A DNA stretch of 64,000 nucleotides from an uncultured archaeon (GCA_964410585.1 CAYPFW010000001.1:536454-600453), one strand, 5' to 3'; shown: positions 31,650 through 42,251, counted from the first letter of the stretch. Notes: generated by a model not told the origin, from the letters alone. Numbers and translations: made by a program.

Positions 31650-31976
31650 ATGATCAAACTAGAAGACTTTCAGAAATTAGATTTGCGCGTTGCTCAAATC
31701 AAAGAAGTAGAAGAAATAGAAGGCGCGGCTAAATTGTATAAGCTGAAAATAGATTTAGGCTCAGAAGAAAGACAGCTTGTTGCAGGCATAAAAGCGCACT
31801 ACAGCAAAGACGAGCTTGTTGGGAAAAAAATCATTGTGATTGCAAACTTGGAACCGGCAAAACTTCGCGGTGTCGAAAGCCAAGGCATGCTCCTCGCAGC
31901 TTCAACAGAAGACAAAAGTGAAGTTGTTGTTTTGACTGTGGATAAAGATGTGCCTGCTGGATCTAAAATATCTTAA
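31650..31976 (+). CDS. tRNA-binding OB-fold protein (MetRS C-terminal/Trbp111-like)
   Basis: DFQKLDLRV, NLEPAKLRGVESQGMLLAA. Confidence 0.9.
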   Translation: MIKLEDFQKLDLRVAQIKEVEEIEGAAKLYKLKIDLGSEERQLVAGIKAHYSKDELVGKKIIVIANLEPAKLRGVESQGMLLAASTEDKSEVVVLTVDKDVPAGSKIS

Positions 31977-32005
31977 CTTTTTATTCTTTCTCTACAATTA
32001 GTTCT

Positions 32006-32674
32006 ATGCCTTCTGACTTTAAGCCAAAGGTTGTTGTAGATACGCGGGAAAACCAAAACATAGTCCAACATCTCCAAGACTTTGGCTCAATTGTTGAAAT
32101 AAAACAGCTGCAAGTCGGCGACTATGTTTGTTCTGAGAGAGTTGGGATTGAGAAAAAAACAGTTTCTGACTTTTTAGGCTCGATTGTTAACCAAAGAATT
32201 TTCACACAAATCACAGATTTAAAACAGTCATACGAAAGGCCTGTTTTGATGATTGAGGGCAACCCAGAGCTTTTGAATTTTGAAAGAAGTGTCCACCCAA
32301 ATGCAATAAGAGGCGTGCTTTCTTCAATAGCAATTGATCAAAATGTGCCTATTCTCTGGACAGCAAACACAAAAGAGTCTGCTGGAATGATACATTGGAT
32401 TGCTAGGAGGGAACAGGATGATATGAAAAAGGAGCTCCAAATCCGCGCAAAGACAACACCTTTTTCAGACGCAAGTCACCAAGAGTTTATTGTTGCTGGG
32501 CTACCAAACGTGTCAAATGTTTTGAGCAGGCGACTTTTGGCAAAATTCAAAACAGTGAAAAAAGTTTTCTCAGCAAAACCAGAGCAGTTGATGAAAGTTG
32601 ATGGAATTGGCGAAGAAAAAGCAAAGAAAATTTGGGATATGCTGAACAAGGAATACGAAACAGAGAAAGAATAG
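32006..32674 (+). CDS. xpf: XPF/ERCC4 endonuclease with HhH domain
   Basis: VDTRE, GDY, IEKK..SDF, VDGIGEEKA. Confidence 0.9.
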   Translation: MPSDFKPKVVVDTRENQNIVQHLQDFGSIVEIKQLQVGDYVCSERVGIEKKTVSDFLGSIVNQRIFTQITDLKQSYERPVLMIEGNPELLNFERSVHPNAIRGVLSSIAIDQNVPILWTANTKESAGMIHWIARREQDDMKKELQIRAKTTPFSDASHQEFIVAGLPNVSNVLSRRLLAKFKTVKKVFSAKPEQLMKVDGIGEEKAKKIWDMLNKEYETEKE

Positions 32675-32682
32675 CTTCTAAA

Positions 32683-32952
32683 TCACTCAGGCTTCTCAGA
32701 TTTTTCTTCGCGCAAAGAATCAACAATTTCTTCCAAATCAATTTCAACTTCTTTCCTAACTTTTATTCTATCAATCCTAGAAAGATCTTTTTCCTCCAAA
32801 AGGCGCAAATTGTTTTCGATTTGATCCAACTTTTCAAGAAGCTGTTTTTTCTCTTCACCTTTTCTTTTGAGGACCTTTTCCCTTGTCCTGTCCCACTTTT
32901 TCCTGAGCTTTCTTACCCGAGCTTCGTATCCACCGAAAAAACTGAAATCCAT
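32683..32952 (-). CDS. Small coiled-coil hypothetical protein
   Basis: 89-aa charged ORF filling the gap. Confidence 0.6.
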   Translation of the reverse strand: MDFSFFGGYEARVRKLRKKWDRTREKVLKRKGEEKKQLLEKLDQIENNLRLLEEKDLSRIDRIKVRKEVEIDLEEIVDSLREEKSEKPE

Positions 32953-32972
32953 ACACTAGTATATTGTTTCCT

Positions 32973-33434
32973 CTATTTTAATCCTATTCTATCTAAAAGC
33001 AGATGCACAAAATATCCAAACAGCACGAAAAATGCTAGCAAATAGTTTATTCCAATAATGTAGAAAACAGCCGCAAAGCAAAGAGGCACAAAGAAAGCTA
33101 AGTGCCATTGGTGCAAAGATTTCTTTCCTCTATGTTTGAAAGGTAAGTTGGAAAATAGTATATAGACCACACTAGAACCTAAGAGAGAAACAACCAACTT
33201 AGCCTCTAATTCATAATTCAAAACCAAGAACAGCGAAACAAATGTGAGCAAAAACGACAAACCTGTGACAAAATTTCTTATTTTGGATTTTGGATGATCC
33301 AAGTCTGGGAGAAGAGAAGAAAATATCAAAAGCAAAATTGCTGCTATGCTTGCTTTTATTCCGAGAGAAAATAGATTAATGAAAATCAAGTACAAAAACA
33401 ATGTTAGAGTTATGTGAATTTTCCAATTAGGCAT
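32973..33434 (-). CDS. Membrane metal-dependent hydrolase (YdjM-like)
   Basis: LPDLDHP, HRG..LH, HLLLD. Confidence 0.8.
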   Translation of the reverse strand: MPNWKIHITLTLFLYLIFINLFSLGIKASIAAILLLIFSSLLPDLDHPKSKIRNFVTGLSFLLTFVSLFLVLNYELEAKLVVSLLGSSVVYILFSNLPFKHRGKKSLHQWHLAFFVPLCFAAVFYIIGINYLLAFFVLFGYFVHLLLDRIGLK

Positions 33435-33469
33435 ACAATATTTATGTGGCTTGTCATATATCTAGATTT

Positions 33470-34012
33470 ATGGAAAAGAGAGGAAAGTGGACGATAAAGA
33501 AAGATAAAAACATTTTCAAGAGTCACTTTATACAGCTCACAGAAAGCGATGTTATAACGCCTAAAAGCAAGCCTGGAAAATACATAAGCTTGAAAATAAG
33601 GGATGGGGTAGCTGTGCTTCCTGTTGACGAAAACGGCTATGTGTACCTTATCGAAGAGTTTTCTTTTGTTTTGAACAAAAGCTTGTTGACTGCACCAAAA
33701 GGCGCTATAGAAGATGGGGAAGAACCAATCACAGCTGCAAAAAGAGAACTGAAAGAAGAAGTGGGTTTTGAGGCAGAAGAGTGGAAATATTTAGGGGAAA
33801 CAAAAAGACTACCAAATCTTATGGAGTGCTCTGCTCACCTTTTCATCGCTAAAAAACTGAAGAAATCAAAGATGAGTTTAGATGATGATGAAGATATAAC
33901 AATAAAGAAAGTTAAATTTGAAGACGCATATAAATTGGCTTTGGAAAGTAAAATAACAGAAGATTCGAGCTGTGTTTTGATTTTGAGAGCGAAGGAGTTT
34001 CTGAAGATTTAA
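33470..34012 (+). CDS. NUDIX hydrolase (ADP-ribose pyrophosphatase-like)
   Basis: GAIEDGEEPITAAKRELKEEVG Nudix box. Confidence 0.9.
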   Translation: MEKRGKWTIKKDKNIFKSHFIQLTESDVITPKSKPGKYISLKIRDGVAVLPVDENGYVYLIEEFSFVLNKSLLTAPKGAIEDGEEPITAAKRELKEEVGFEAEEWKYLGETKRLPNLMECSAHLFIAKKLKKSKMSLDDDEDITIKKVKFEDAYKLALESKITEDSSCVLILRAKEFLKI

Positions 34013-34656
34013 TCATCCATCCTATATATTCTAAAATCAACAGCCAGAACGCCCTTTGTATCTGGCAAAACAAAAAGAGGATTGATGTCCATTTCATCCA
34101 CATCCTCTTCAACCATTATTTTTGAAACTTTGTGAATTGTATCAACCAAAGCATCTATGTCGCATTTTGGCTTGCCTCTGAAACCAGTCAAAAGCTGCGA
34201 ACCCTTTGTCTCGAAAATCATTTCTTTTATTTCGTCTTTTCCAACAGGACAAATTCTAAAAGAAACATCTTTCAAAAGTTCAACCAAAGTTCCACCAAGA
34301 CCAAACATGACAACAGGACCAAACTGTGGATCTCTTTTTCCCCCAATAATAACCTCTGTGCCTGAGCCCATTTTTTGGATAAGGACGCCTTCAAACTTTA
34401 CTTTGTGGATCTCTGCGTTTTGTTTTATTTTTTCAAATGCTTGAGAAACTTCATTTGGATATCTCAAACCTGTCAGAACCCCGCCAACCTCTGTTTTGTG
34501 TGAAACATCCTTAGAATCAATTTTCAAAACAACTGGATAGCCAATTTTCTCAGCAGCTTTTATTGCTTTTTCTTTTGTCTTAGCTGTTCTCTCTTCTACA
34601 ACTGGAATCTCATATTTTTGCAGAATTTTCCTGACTTTTTTTTCTGGAAGGAACAT
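34009..34656 (-). CDS. Acetate-CoA ligase (ADP-forming) beta subunit, ATP-grasp
   Basis: GYPVVLK..SHKTEVGGV, DPQFGPVVMFGLGG, EMDINP. Confidence 0.9.
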   Translation of the reverse strand: MFLPEKKVRKILQKYEIPVVEERTAKTKEKAIKAAEKIGYPVVLKIDSKDVSHKTEVGGVLTGLRYPNEVSQAFEKIKQNAEIHKVKFEGVLIQKMGSGTEVIIGGKRDPQFGPVVMFGLGGTLVELLKDVSFRICPVGKDEIKEMIFETKGSQLLTGFRGKPKCDIDALVDTIHKVSKIMVEEDVDEMDINPLFVLPDTKGVLAVDFRIYRMDD

Positions 34657-34682
34657 AGAATATATTATTTTACCCGTTTAAA

Positions 34683-37600
34683 TCACTTCATTGCCCAGAA
34701 TTTTTTCGTCCGAACAAATGCACGTTCTGCTTCTAGGGTTTCCTTCAAAAATTCGTCATCGTTCAAAGGTTTTTGCAAGATTTTTGAGGCTGTTTGAGGT
34801 CCAACTCCCCTAGCAGCCAAACAAATTATTGCTTTTTTCCCATAGTTTTGAACAAGCGACGCTGTTGTCAGCATTTTGTCCAGCCATTTTATTTCTTGTT
34901 TTGGTATCACTTTGCCACCTTTGTAGTTTTTGATCAACTGAGAAGCTTCTTCTATGTATTTTTTAGGAACAATTGAAATCATTTTTGATTTGCACTTGAA
35001 GCATTCTGTGTATGCGTCTTTTGCAGAAACTTTTATACTCCAGCCACAGTTGCAGCAGACAAAAGCAAGGATTGTTTCGCCAAGCCTCTCTCTGAAAATA
35101 TTTAGGATTTCAAATTCAGATTTTCCTGGGATAATTTCGTATCTAAATTCTAATCCAACTCTCCCAAAAGGCGAAAGGCCCTCCATTATCTCGGTTTTCA
35201 ATTCTCCTTTCTTTATTTTCTCAAGGCATTTTTTTGCTTTTTCAACCTCTAATTTTTCTGTCCTTATTTCATTCAGTGTTTCATTTGCAGCAGGAGAGTT
35301 TGAATACAGTTCTATGATTTTTTTGAAATATGCTTTTCCATATTCTGCGCCTCTTTTTATTATTCCAAATCTTTTTGCGACTTGGACAAATTTGTGTGTG
35401 TATAGCTCGCCTTCTTTTATTTCAGATTCTAAAAGCATGTCGATTTCTTGGAGATTTAGGTTGTAGAAAATGTCTATGACTTTGTTGTAGATTGGCTGGG
35501 CTAGTTTTACCATTATCCTATATGCATCTGTTTTCAGGCCAACTGAACCAACTTTCTCAGCGAGCTTTGTGGACAGGGCCCTTCCTATTGTATCGTTTAT
35601 CCTTGATCCAAAACAAGTATGGATGATCACACCAAATGTCTCTTCTTTTGTTATTCCGCCAATTGGACCATATTCTATCAAGATTTTTTTGTCAGTTGGG
35701 ACAAACCCAAATTCGCTTTGCTCTTTGACTATTTTGTAGAGTTTTTCAGCGACGTCTTTTGAAATTGGATAATTAGTTTGTAGATGTGAGAGGATGTCAG
35801 ATTTTTGTTTTTTTAGGAGGTTTTCAATTTCACCGCGCATCTGGCCAACTTTTTCTGCAACTAAATATTCTATAGGAATTAGCTCACCTTCCCATGCTGG
35901 AATAGCTGCTTCTAAGTTTGATGTTGGCTCGACAATAAGCTTGTCGCCTTCGACATCTACAACTCTCCAAGGCTGGCCTTTGCAGATAAAATATGAACCA
36001 GGAGTGCCGTGCATTGCAACAAAACCCTCATCTAAGGTGCCGATTTTTTTGTTGTTGACAATGTCGACAACTTTGAATGTTTTTGAATCTGGGATTGTAG
36101 ACAAGTTCCCATAATAGTATTCCCAGGATCTTTTCCTTCTCCTTATTTTATCTGTGAGATCGAAGACCTTTGCTGGTTTTGGGGTTTCGTCTTTGTTTGG
36201 CTCATCACTACTTTTTGATTCTAATTCTTGTTCTTCGTCTTCTTGATTTTCATCATGTTCTTCGTCTTTGTTTTCTTCTATATCATTTGTATTGTAGTTT
36301 CTTTCTGGACGGTGCTCTTTCTTTTCTAAAGAAAGAGTAGCAGGCCAAACGAGCCACAACCTGTTCAAAAAATCGCATACATCCAAAAATTCTATTTCAG
36401 ACAAATCGCGGAAGGGATAAGCTCTCTTGATTATGTCATAAGCTTTTTTGATTTCAATTTCATAGTACTCCAAAGTCAGACCAATTATTTGGTGAGCTAA
36501 AACATCAAGGGATTGTGTGTAGATTTTTGTTGGCTCAATTTTGTGCTCCAAGGCAAGCTTTGCAATTGCAGTTGATTCAAAACAATCATCTGTATCAGAA
36601 GAGACAATCACACCATCTGATTTTTTGGTAACTGAATGGCCCGAGCGGCCTAAACGCTGGAGAAGTTTTGTGACTTGGCGCGGAGACATGTATTGGACAA
36701 TGAAATCAATTGAACCAATGTCTATACCTAATTCCAGAGAAGATGTTGCGACCAAAGCTTGGATTTCTTTTTCTTTAAAGCCTCGCTCTACATCGATTCT
36801 AACGTCTTTTGAAAGCGAGGAGTGGTGTGTTTCCAAAGAGCTCCCTAAAATTTTCATTCTCGAAGACAAAACTTCAGCAGATTCTCTTGTATTTGTGAAA
36901 ATTATTACAGATTCTTTGCCTTTGATTAAATTTGAAATCAGCTGAAGGCGGGCTGTTGTTTCTGGGAGCAAATTAACTGAATGTCCTGTTTTCACATCAG
37001 CTGCTGTTGGATTTGGAGATTCGACAAATATTTTTGCTTCTCTTGTTTTTGCAACATCAACAACTTCTTCTGCGCCGATGAATTCTGCGACTTCTTTTGG
37101 CGAACCAATTGTTGCTGAGAGGCCGATGATTTGCGGTTTTTGGTGTCCTGAAGAAACAATCAATTCTTTCAGCCTTTCTAAACCAACTGAAAGTTGGACG
37201 CCTCTTTTGCTTGGAATCAACTCATGGATTTCATCAACTACTATAAATTTTATGTTTGACAAGTGTTCTCTCATCCTAGAACCAACAAGCATTGATTGCA
37301 AGGTTTCTGGCGTTGAAATCAAAACATGTGGTGGGTTTTCAACTTGCTGGCTTCTTTCATATGTTGTTGTGTCGCCGTGACGCACTGAAACTTCGAGATC
37401 CAGTTGATTGCACCACCACAAAATTCTGTCCAAAAGGTTTCTGTTCAAACTTCTCAAAGGTGTGATGTATAGAAAAGATATTGGTTTGTGTGGTTGAGAG
37501 GCTAGTTTGTCTAGAATTGGAAGCATGCAGGACTCTGTTTTTCCAATTCCAGTGGGCGCTATAATCAAAACATTTTTTCCTTCCAAAACTTTTGGTATGG

Positions 37601-37688
37601 AGAGCTCTTGGACTACTGTTGGCTTGCCAAATCTTTCCTTTGAAAGTTTGCCTACGTTGGATTTTAATGAGTCGAAAATATTGGTCAT
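34683..37688 (-). CDS. lhr: Lhr-like DEAD/H helicase
   Basis: APTGIGKT, DEIH, SAT, LELGIDIG, QRLGRSGH; C-terminal zinc motif. Confidence 0.9.
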   Translation of the reverse strand: MTNIFDSLKSNVGKLSKERFGKPTVVQELSIPKVLEGKNVLIIAPTGIGKTESCMLPILDKLASQPHKPISFLYITPLRSLNRNLLDRILWWCNQLDLEVSVRHGDTTTYERSQQVENPPHVLISTPETLQSMLVGSRMREHLSNIKFIVVDEIHELIPSKRGVQLSVGLERLKELIVSSGHQKPQIIGLSATIGSPKEVAEFIGAEEVVDVAKTREAKIFVESPNPTAADVKTGHSVNLLPETTARLQLISNLIKGKESVIIFTNTRESAEVLSSRMKILGSSLETHHSSLSKDVRIDVERGFKEKEIQALVATSSLELGIDIGSIDFIVQYMSPRQVTKLLQRLGRSGHSVTKKSDGVIVSSDTDDCFESTAIAKLALEHKIEPTKIYTQSLDVLAHQIIGLTLEYYEIEIKKAYDIIKRAYPFRDLSEIEFLDVCDFLNRLWLVWPATLSLEKKEHRPERNYNTNDIEENKDEEHDENQEDEEQELESKSSDEPNKDETPKPAKVFDLTDKIRRRKRSWEYYYGNLSTIPDSKTFKVVDIVNNKKIGTLDEGFVAMHGTPGSYFICKGQPWRVVDVEGDKLIVEPTSNLEAAIPAWEGELIPIEYLVAEKVGQMRGEIENLLKKQKSDILSHLQTNYPISKDVAEKLYKIVKEQSEFGFVPTDKKILIEYGPIGGITKEETFGVIIHTCFGSRINDTIGRALSTKLAEKVGSVGLKTDAYRIMVKLAQPIYNKVIDIFYNLNLQEIDMLLESEIKEGELYTHKFVQVAKRFGIIKRGAEYGKAYFKKIIELYSNSPAANETLNEIRTEKLEVEKAKKCLEKIKKGELKTEIMEGLSPFGRVGLEFRYEIIPGKSEFEILNIFRERLGETILAFVCCNCGWSIKVSAKDAYTECFKCKSKMISIVPKKYIEEASQLIKNYKGGKVIPKQEIKWLDKMLTTASLVQNYGKKAIICLAARGVGPQTASKILQKPLNDDEFLKETLEAERAFVRTKKFWAMK

Positions 37689-37798
37689 GTGCATCGATAT
37701 AACAGTGTTATATTTTAGTATGTAAATTTTTACGCAGAATACTATTACTATCCAACTTTATAAAACTAACCAGAGGAGCTTTCCAGAATGCCACAATA

Positions 37799-38122
37799 TC
37801 ATTTCAACCTGACAGCAGCAAACTTCTTCCCATACTTCTGTTTCATCCACTTCTTTGCATCTTCCAAAACAGCTTGCCCATATTCGTTGTCAGGGACAAT
37901 CGGCAAATCAACAGCCCATTTGCCCTTTTGGTTCTTTGTTTTGACAAGAATAATAAAATCAGTGTCAGCTGGCCTTGTTTTCTTTGTTGCAAAACTACCA
38001 AACAAATAAATAGAAGACACAGGAATTACCTTTTCCAATTTCTTTAGAATTTGCTGGGAATTTTTCCACATTTCTTTTCTGTATTTTGATTTGAGCAGGC
38101 TTTTTGGGATTTTGCTTTGCAT
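37799..38122 (-). CDS. Minimal nucleotidyltransferase
   Basis: LFGSFA....ADTD. Confidence 0.75.
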   Translation of the reverse strand: MQSKIPKSLLKSKYRKEMWKNSQQILKKLEKVIPVSSIYLFGSFATKKTRPADTDFIILVKTKNQKGKWAVDLPIVPDNEYGQAVLEDAKKWMKQKYGKKFAAVRLK

Positions 38123-38240
38123 AGAAGTAATTAGAAATAGAATTTTTATCTTTTTGTTAAAAAAGCCCTCAAGTAATCTAAAGGCTCGTCTGTTCCAGAA
38201 AATGTCCGCATTTGATCACCAGAATATGCCCGCCTAAATA

Positions 38241-38280
38241 CAGGAGGCTGTTCACTTGTAGGCATGTCCAAACCTTCCAA
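38241..38280 (-). repeat. Repeat family 1, short copy 4
   Basis: Minus strand TGGAAGGTTT...ACAGCCTCCTG. Confidence 0.45.
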
Positions 38281-38325
38281 AAAAACAAGCGATCTTTTTA
38301 TTCTTTGTTCTAGTATATACATAAT

Positions 38326-38784
38326 TTATTCCTTCTTTTCTCCACCTTCTTGTCCAGGCCTTTTGACCAATTTGATGAATTCTGTTGCAACTGTGATTGG
38401 TATTGGCATGCTTGCTTCGATAAGCTCGGCAGTGACTTCACCCTTTGCTTCGTCGACTTTTACAATTCTTCCCTTTTCGCCCTTGAAAGCGCCGCCAACA
38501 ATCTCAATGATATCGCCCATGTTGACTTTGACTTTCTTGACTTCTAAAAAGTGCTGGATATCAGAAAGAGCAATTGGTTTTTCCATCAAGCTTTTAATGT
38601 GAAGCATTCCCTGGACCGTCTTGTGTATGTCTGCTATGTTTCCTTCTACAAATAAGTATCCTTTTAACTCAGCAGGATGCAAGATTGCTTTTACATCTAG
38701 TTTTTCTGATTTTATTTTAGCTTGCATTATATCTGCAACAATATCTTCTCTTCCCGATGTTGTTCGTAATGTATATATGGCCAT
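38326..38784 (-). CDS. spt5: Transcription elongation factor Spt5
   Basis: LKGYLFVEG; KOW motif GGAFKGEKG. Confidence 0.95.
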   Translation of the reverse strand: MAIYTLRTTSGREDIVADIMQAKIKSEKLDVKAILHPAELKGYLFVEGNIADIHKTVQGMLHIKSLMEKPIALSDIQHFLEVKKVKVNMGDIIEIVGGAFKGEKGRIVKVDEAKGEVTAELIEASMPIPITVATEFIKLVKRPGQEGGEKKE

Positions 38785-38786
38785 AT

Positions 38787-38972
38787 CTATAACGGTAATC
38801 CCCCGAAAATTGCAGCTAATCTAAATCCAAGGAAAATTGCAAAACCAATCACACCTATAACAGTTAAGCCCAGAGCGCATACTTTTGTCGTTCCTGTGAA
38901 CTCTTCCTTTGTTGGCTTCCTCGCCTTTGTCCAAACGTAGCTGTACTTGATCCACTTTTCCTTTAGCGACAT
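38787..38972 (-). CDS. secE: Protein translocase subunit SecE/Sec61-gamma
   Basis: ARKPTKEEF plus TM helix; ftsZ-secE-spt5 gene order. Confidence 0.9.
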   Translation of the reverse strand: MSLKEKWIKYSYVWTKARKPTKEEFTGTTKVCALGLTVIGVIGFAIFLGFRLAAIFGGLPL

Positions 38973-39052
38973 AACCTTTTATCCTAAAAGGTTAATCAAA
39001 ACAGGAGCCTAAAATTTCCATCGTTGCGACTCAGAAATTTTTACGGCTTCCA
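38972..39052 (-). repeat. Repeat family 1, copy 5
   Basis: Minus strand GGAAGCCGTAAAAATTTC...GAAATTTTAGGCTCC then AACCTTTT-AGGAT-AAAAGGTT. Confidence 0.7.
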
Positions 39053-39132
39053 TGACTAACCACTAATATCTAAATAAATAAGACTAAGGGTATTTAAACG
39101 TTAAAATAAAACCTGGAATAAGGGCTTATCCC

Positions 39133-40245
39133 TTACTCGTCTACAAAATCCACACCAAGTATCTTCTCAATTTCTTTTTGTTTTTCGCCTGTGAAGGTTT
39201 TGTGAGGCCCGTAGATTTGCGCAGATTTAACACCTGTGACAATCAGCATTGTCCTCAAAGTGTCACCCATTGCCTTGTCTACTTGAGCACCCCAAATAAT
39301 TTTTGCATCTTCATTTATTTTCTGGCTCACAGATTCAACAATCTCTTGGCATTCTTTAATTGTAACATCCATTCCACCTGCAACATTTATCAAAGCGCCT
39401 GTTGCGCCTGCAATGTCAAGGTCCAAAAGTGGATTGTTCAAAGCCTTTTCAACAGCTTCTACAGCTCTGTTGTCTGAATCTGATTCACCCATTCCAATCA
39501 TTGCAATTCCACCAGATCCCATAACAGCTCGCACATCTGCGAAGTCTAAGTTCACCAATCCAGGTTTTGTGATTAATTCTGCTATTCCTTTAACAGCATT
39601 TACCAAAACCTCATCTGAAACCTTGAAAGCTGTTGTAATTGAAACATCTGGAACAATTTCCAAAAGCTTGTCATTTGGTATAACGATTAATGTGTCAACT
39701 GAGTTTTCCATTCCTTCTAATCCGTATTGTGCATTTGACATTCTTGACTTTCCTTCCATTTTGAAAGGCAAAGTGACAATGCCAACTGTTAAAATCCCAA
39801 GTTTCTTTGTGATGTCTGCAATAACAGGAGCTGCGCCTGTTCCAGTTCCACCACCTAAACCACATGTAATGAAAACTAAGTCAGCGCCTTCTAGGGCCTT
39901 TTTCAATTCTTCTCTTGTCTCTTTCGCAGCTTCTTGTCCTATTTTCGGATCAGCACCTGCACCAAGACCTCTTGTCAAATCTTTTCCAATCAGAACCTTT
40001 CTATCAGCATCTGTGTATAGAAGGTCTTGTGCATCAGAATTAACAGCAATTGTCTCTGCGCCAACAATGCCAATCTGCATTAACCTTGAAATGGTATTTC
40101 CACCAGCTCCGCCAACACCTACAACTTTAATTTCAGCTTTTCTTGACTCTAAAATCTTTCTTAGTTCTTCATCTTCTGGCCTTTCAGGCGGAGTAAAATT
40201 CTCAGATTGTAAACTTGCCCCATTTCCAACAGATCCTACGCTCAT
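39133..40245 (-). CDS. ftsZ: Cell division protein FtsZ
   Basis: GVGGAGGN, GGGTGTG, NLDFAD. Confidence 0.98.
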   Translation of the reverse strand: MSVGSVGNGASLQSENFTPPERPEDEELRKILESRKAEIKVVGVGGAGGNTISRLMQIGIVGAETIAVNSDAQDLLYTDADRKVLIGKDLTRGLGAGADPKIGQEAAKETREELKKALEGADLVFITCGLGGGTGTGAAPVIADITKKLGILTVGIVTLPFKMEGKSRMSNAQYGLEGMENSVDTLIVIPNDKLLEIVPDVSITTAFKVSDEVLVNAVKGIAELITKPGLVNLDFADVRAVMGSGGIAMIGMGESDSDNRAVEAVEKALNNPLLDLDIAGATGALINVAGGMDVTIKECQEIVESVSQKINEDAKIIWGAQVDKAMGDTLRTMLIVTGVKSAQIYGPHKTFTGEKQKEIEKILGVDFVDE

Positions 40246-40366
40246 ATTAACCCCCTATTAACCAAAGCCTAAATAGGCTTTAGCTTCTTTTACAAGAAAA
40301 ATATTATTTGATCTATAGAACTATGTTTTATAAAGATATCCTTTCTCTTTCCTTTAGAAATTAATA

Positions 40367-40846
40367 TTATTCTCTCCAATCTTTCAGTAAAACTCCGTAA
40401 ATTAGATGATTGTGATCACATTCTGAATTAGGATTAATGTTTTTTATCGACCCAATTTTTTTGAACCCCAGATTTTCATAATATTTTATAGCCCTATTAT
40501 TTTTTGTATCGGCGGTACACAAATACATTAATTTTATTTTCCTCGTCTTACAATACTCAACTATTTTTTTCATTAATAATGTTCCGTATCCTTTACTTCT
40601 GAAGGCTTTTCTAATTGCAAGCTCATCGACAATTACAGAATCCGTAAAAAGAGGGTCGTGATATGATTTGCTAAATGAAATATGACCAATATAGCTACCT
40701 TTCTCCTCGAGAACGAAAATTTCTTTTTTTGAAACTTTTTCATTGAAGAAACTTGTTTCCCTTTTAATATTTAATTTGGGGAAAGCCTCTTTTTGAGTTA
40801 TAATAAAATTCTGTCTATCAGACTTTTTACCATTTCTTATCTTCAT
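40367..40846 (-). CDS. GNAT family acetyltransferase
   Basis: RSKGYGT, AIKYYENLGF. Confidence 0.85.
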   Translation of the reverse strand: MKIRNGKKSDRQNFIITQKEAFPKLNIKRETSFFNEKVSKKEIFVLEEKGSYIGHISFSKSYHDPLFTDSVIVDELAIRKAFRSKGYGTLLMKKIVEYCKTRKIKLMYLCTADTKNNRAIKYYENLGFKKIGSIKNINPNSECDHNHLIYGVLLKDWRE

Positions 40847-40895
40847 AATCTCTACTTGTTTTAATCAATTATATATCTTCGAACCAAATATAGTT

Positions 40896-42251
40896 ATGAA
40901 ATGGCCGTGGCTATTGGTTTTGCTTATCATACCTCAAACAGTTTTAGCAGCAAGCGTACAGTGGAACACTGAATACACAATAGATGCAACACAGGAAAAA
41001 CCAACATACGAAGAGCTAGTTTCGATCCAAGCAAATAAGCCAGGATACTTTTATAAAGAATTCTCTATTACATCCCCCTTTGATATAGAAACAGCAGAAA
41101 TCATTGGAGGCAAAGCATGCACCCTAGATCGGATAGATTCAAAATCCTACTTGTGTAAATTTCATGATGGTTTGTTTAGTGGTGAAGCAGTTCAAATGAG
41201 GTTCACAGGACAATGCAACTGCACCCAAAAGTCAGGCATAAGCATATTTGTCGCACTTCCCGGTTTGGCTCTTGTCGATGACATGGAAGGTGAACTCAAA
41301 CAAACAATATTTTTCCCAAGAGGCTTTCAAGTTTTCAACACAACCCTAAAAAACTATAATCAAGGAACAAACTCTGTTCAATTTTCAATCTCACTATCAG
41401 CAAACCAAAATACAAAAGACATGTTTGGCAACTTGTTTTTCGATTTTAAGAAAAAAACGGATTTTTCAAAAATGAAGACAAACTCGCTTTCAAAGTTTAC
41501 AATAAACTATCCTTCTGGCTTTGAGAAGGAGGCCCAAAAAATACTTCAAGACTATTCAAAATCACTTGCCTTCCTTGAAAAACAATCCAATATCACTTTA
41601 GATCATGTGACTGTGAATATAGTAAGTGATAGCAGCGAAATAGGTGATTGGGGAGGCCTCACAAGTATTTTCGAGACAAATGTTTCGTTGTTTATAGACG
41701 CTTTCGATGATACATACCTACATGAGCTCTGCCACACAACAGAGTATCCATACAAACTGCCTGCATGGTTTTCAGAAGGCCAAGCAATAACCTGCGACAT
41801 TAAACTAAACAGGAATTTAGGTTTTTCTGATATTGCAAAAGAAAAAGAAGATTCTAATTCAGATGTTTCCGGCAGCCTTATTTTAGCAAACTGGAAACCA
41901 ACAGAAAATTATAATGAAAACAAAGAAGAAAATGATTTAGGATACAAATACTCTTATTTATTTTTCAAGGACTTGGAAAAAAGCGGCCTTAGCAGGACTG
42001 AGTTGTTCACTGGTTTGAGGCAAAATTTTGGAAGCCTCAGACAAGAGATAAACACAGAAGAAATTTTGTGTTCTTTCAACCAAACACAACTTGGCCTGGA
42101 GCCGGTTTTCGAAAAGTATGGTTTTGAATTAGGCTCTTGTGAAAGCCTAAAAACAAAAAAAATTGTCAATTCACTTTTGGATAAAAACTTATTCTATATA
42201 CTCTTAGCAGTTGTTGCAATTTTGGTTATCATTGCTATAATAAAACGCTAA
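40896..42251 (+). CDS. Membrane-anchored secreted gluzincin-like metallopeptidase
   Basis: Signal peptide; HELCH...PAWFSEG; C-terminal TM helix. Confidence 0.75.
   Translation: MKWPWLLVLLIIPQTVLAASVQWNTEYTIDATQEKPTYEELVSIQANKPGYFYKEFSITSPFDIETAEIIGGKACTLDRIDSKSYLCKFHDGLFSGEAVQMRFTGQCNCTQKSGISIFVALPGLALVDDMEGELKQTIFFPRGFQVFNTTLKNYNQGTNSVQFSISLSANQNTKDMFGNLFFDFKKKTDFSKMKTNSLSKFTINYPSGFEKEAQKILQDYSKSLAFLEKQSNITLDHVTVNIVSDSSEIGDWGGLTSIFETNVSLFIDAFDDTYLHELCHTTEYPYKLPAWFSEGQAITCDIKLNRNLGFSDIAKEKEDSNSDVSGSLILANWKPTENYNENKEENDLGYKYSYLFFKDLEKSGLSRTELFTGLRQNFGSLRQEINTEEILCSFNQTQLGLEPVFEKYGFELGSCESLKTKKIVNSLLDKNLFYILLAVVAILVIIAIIKR

Noticed and set aside
39413-40261. 282-aa ORF antisense to ftsZ, and similar shadow ORFs over leuS, dinB, lhr and the surface genes
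   Set aside because: Antisense shadows of well-supported genes
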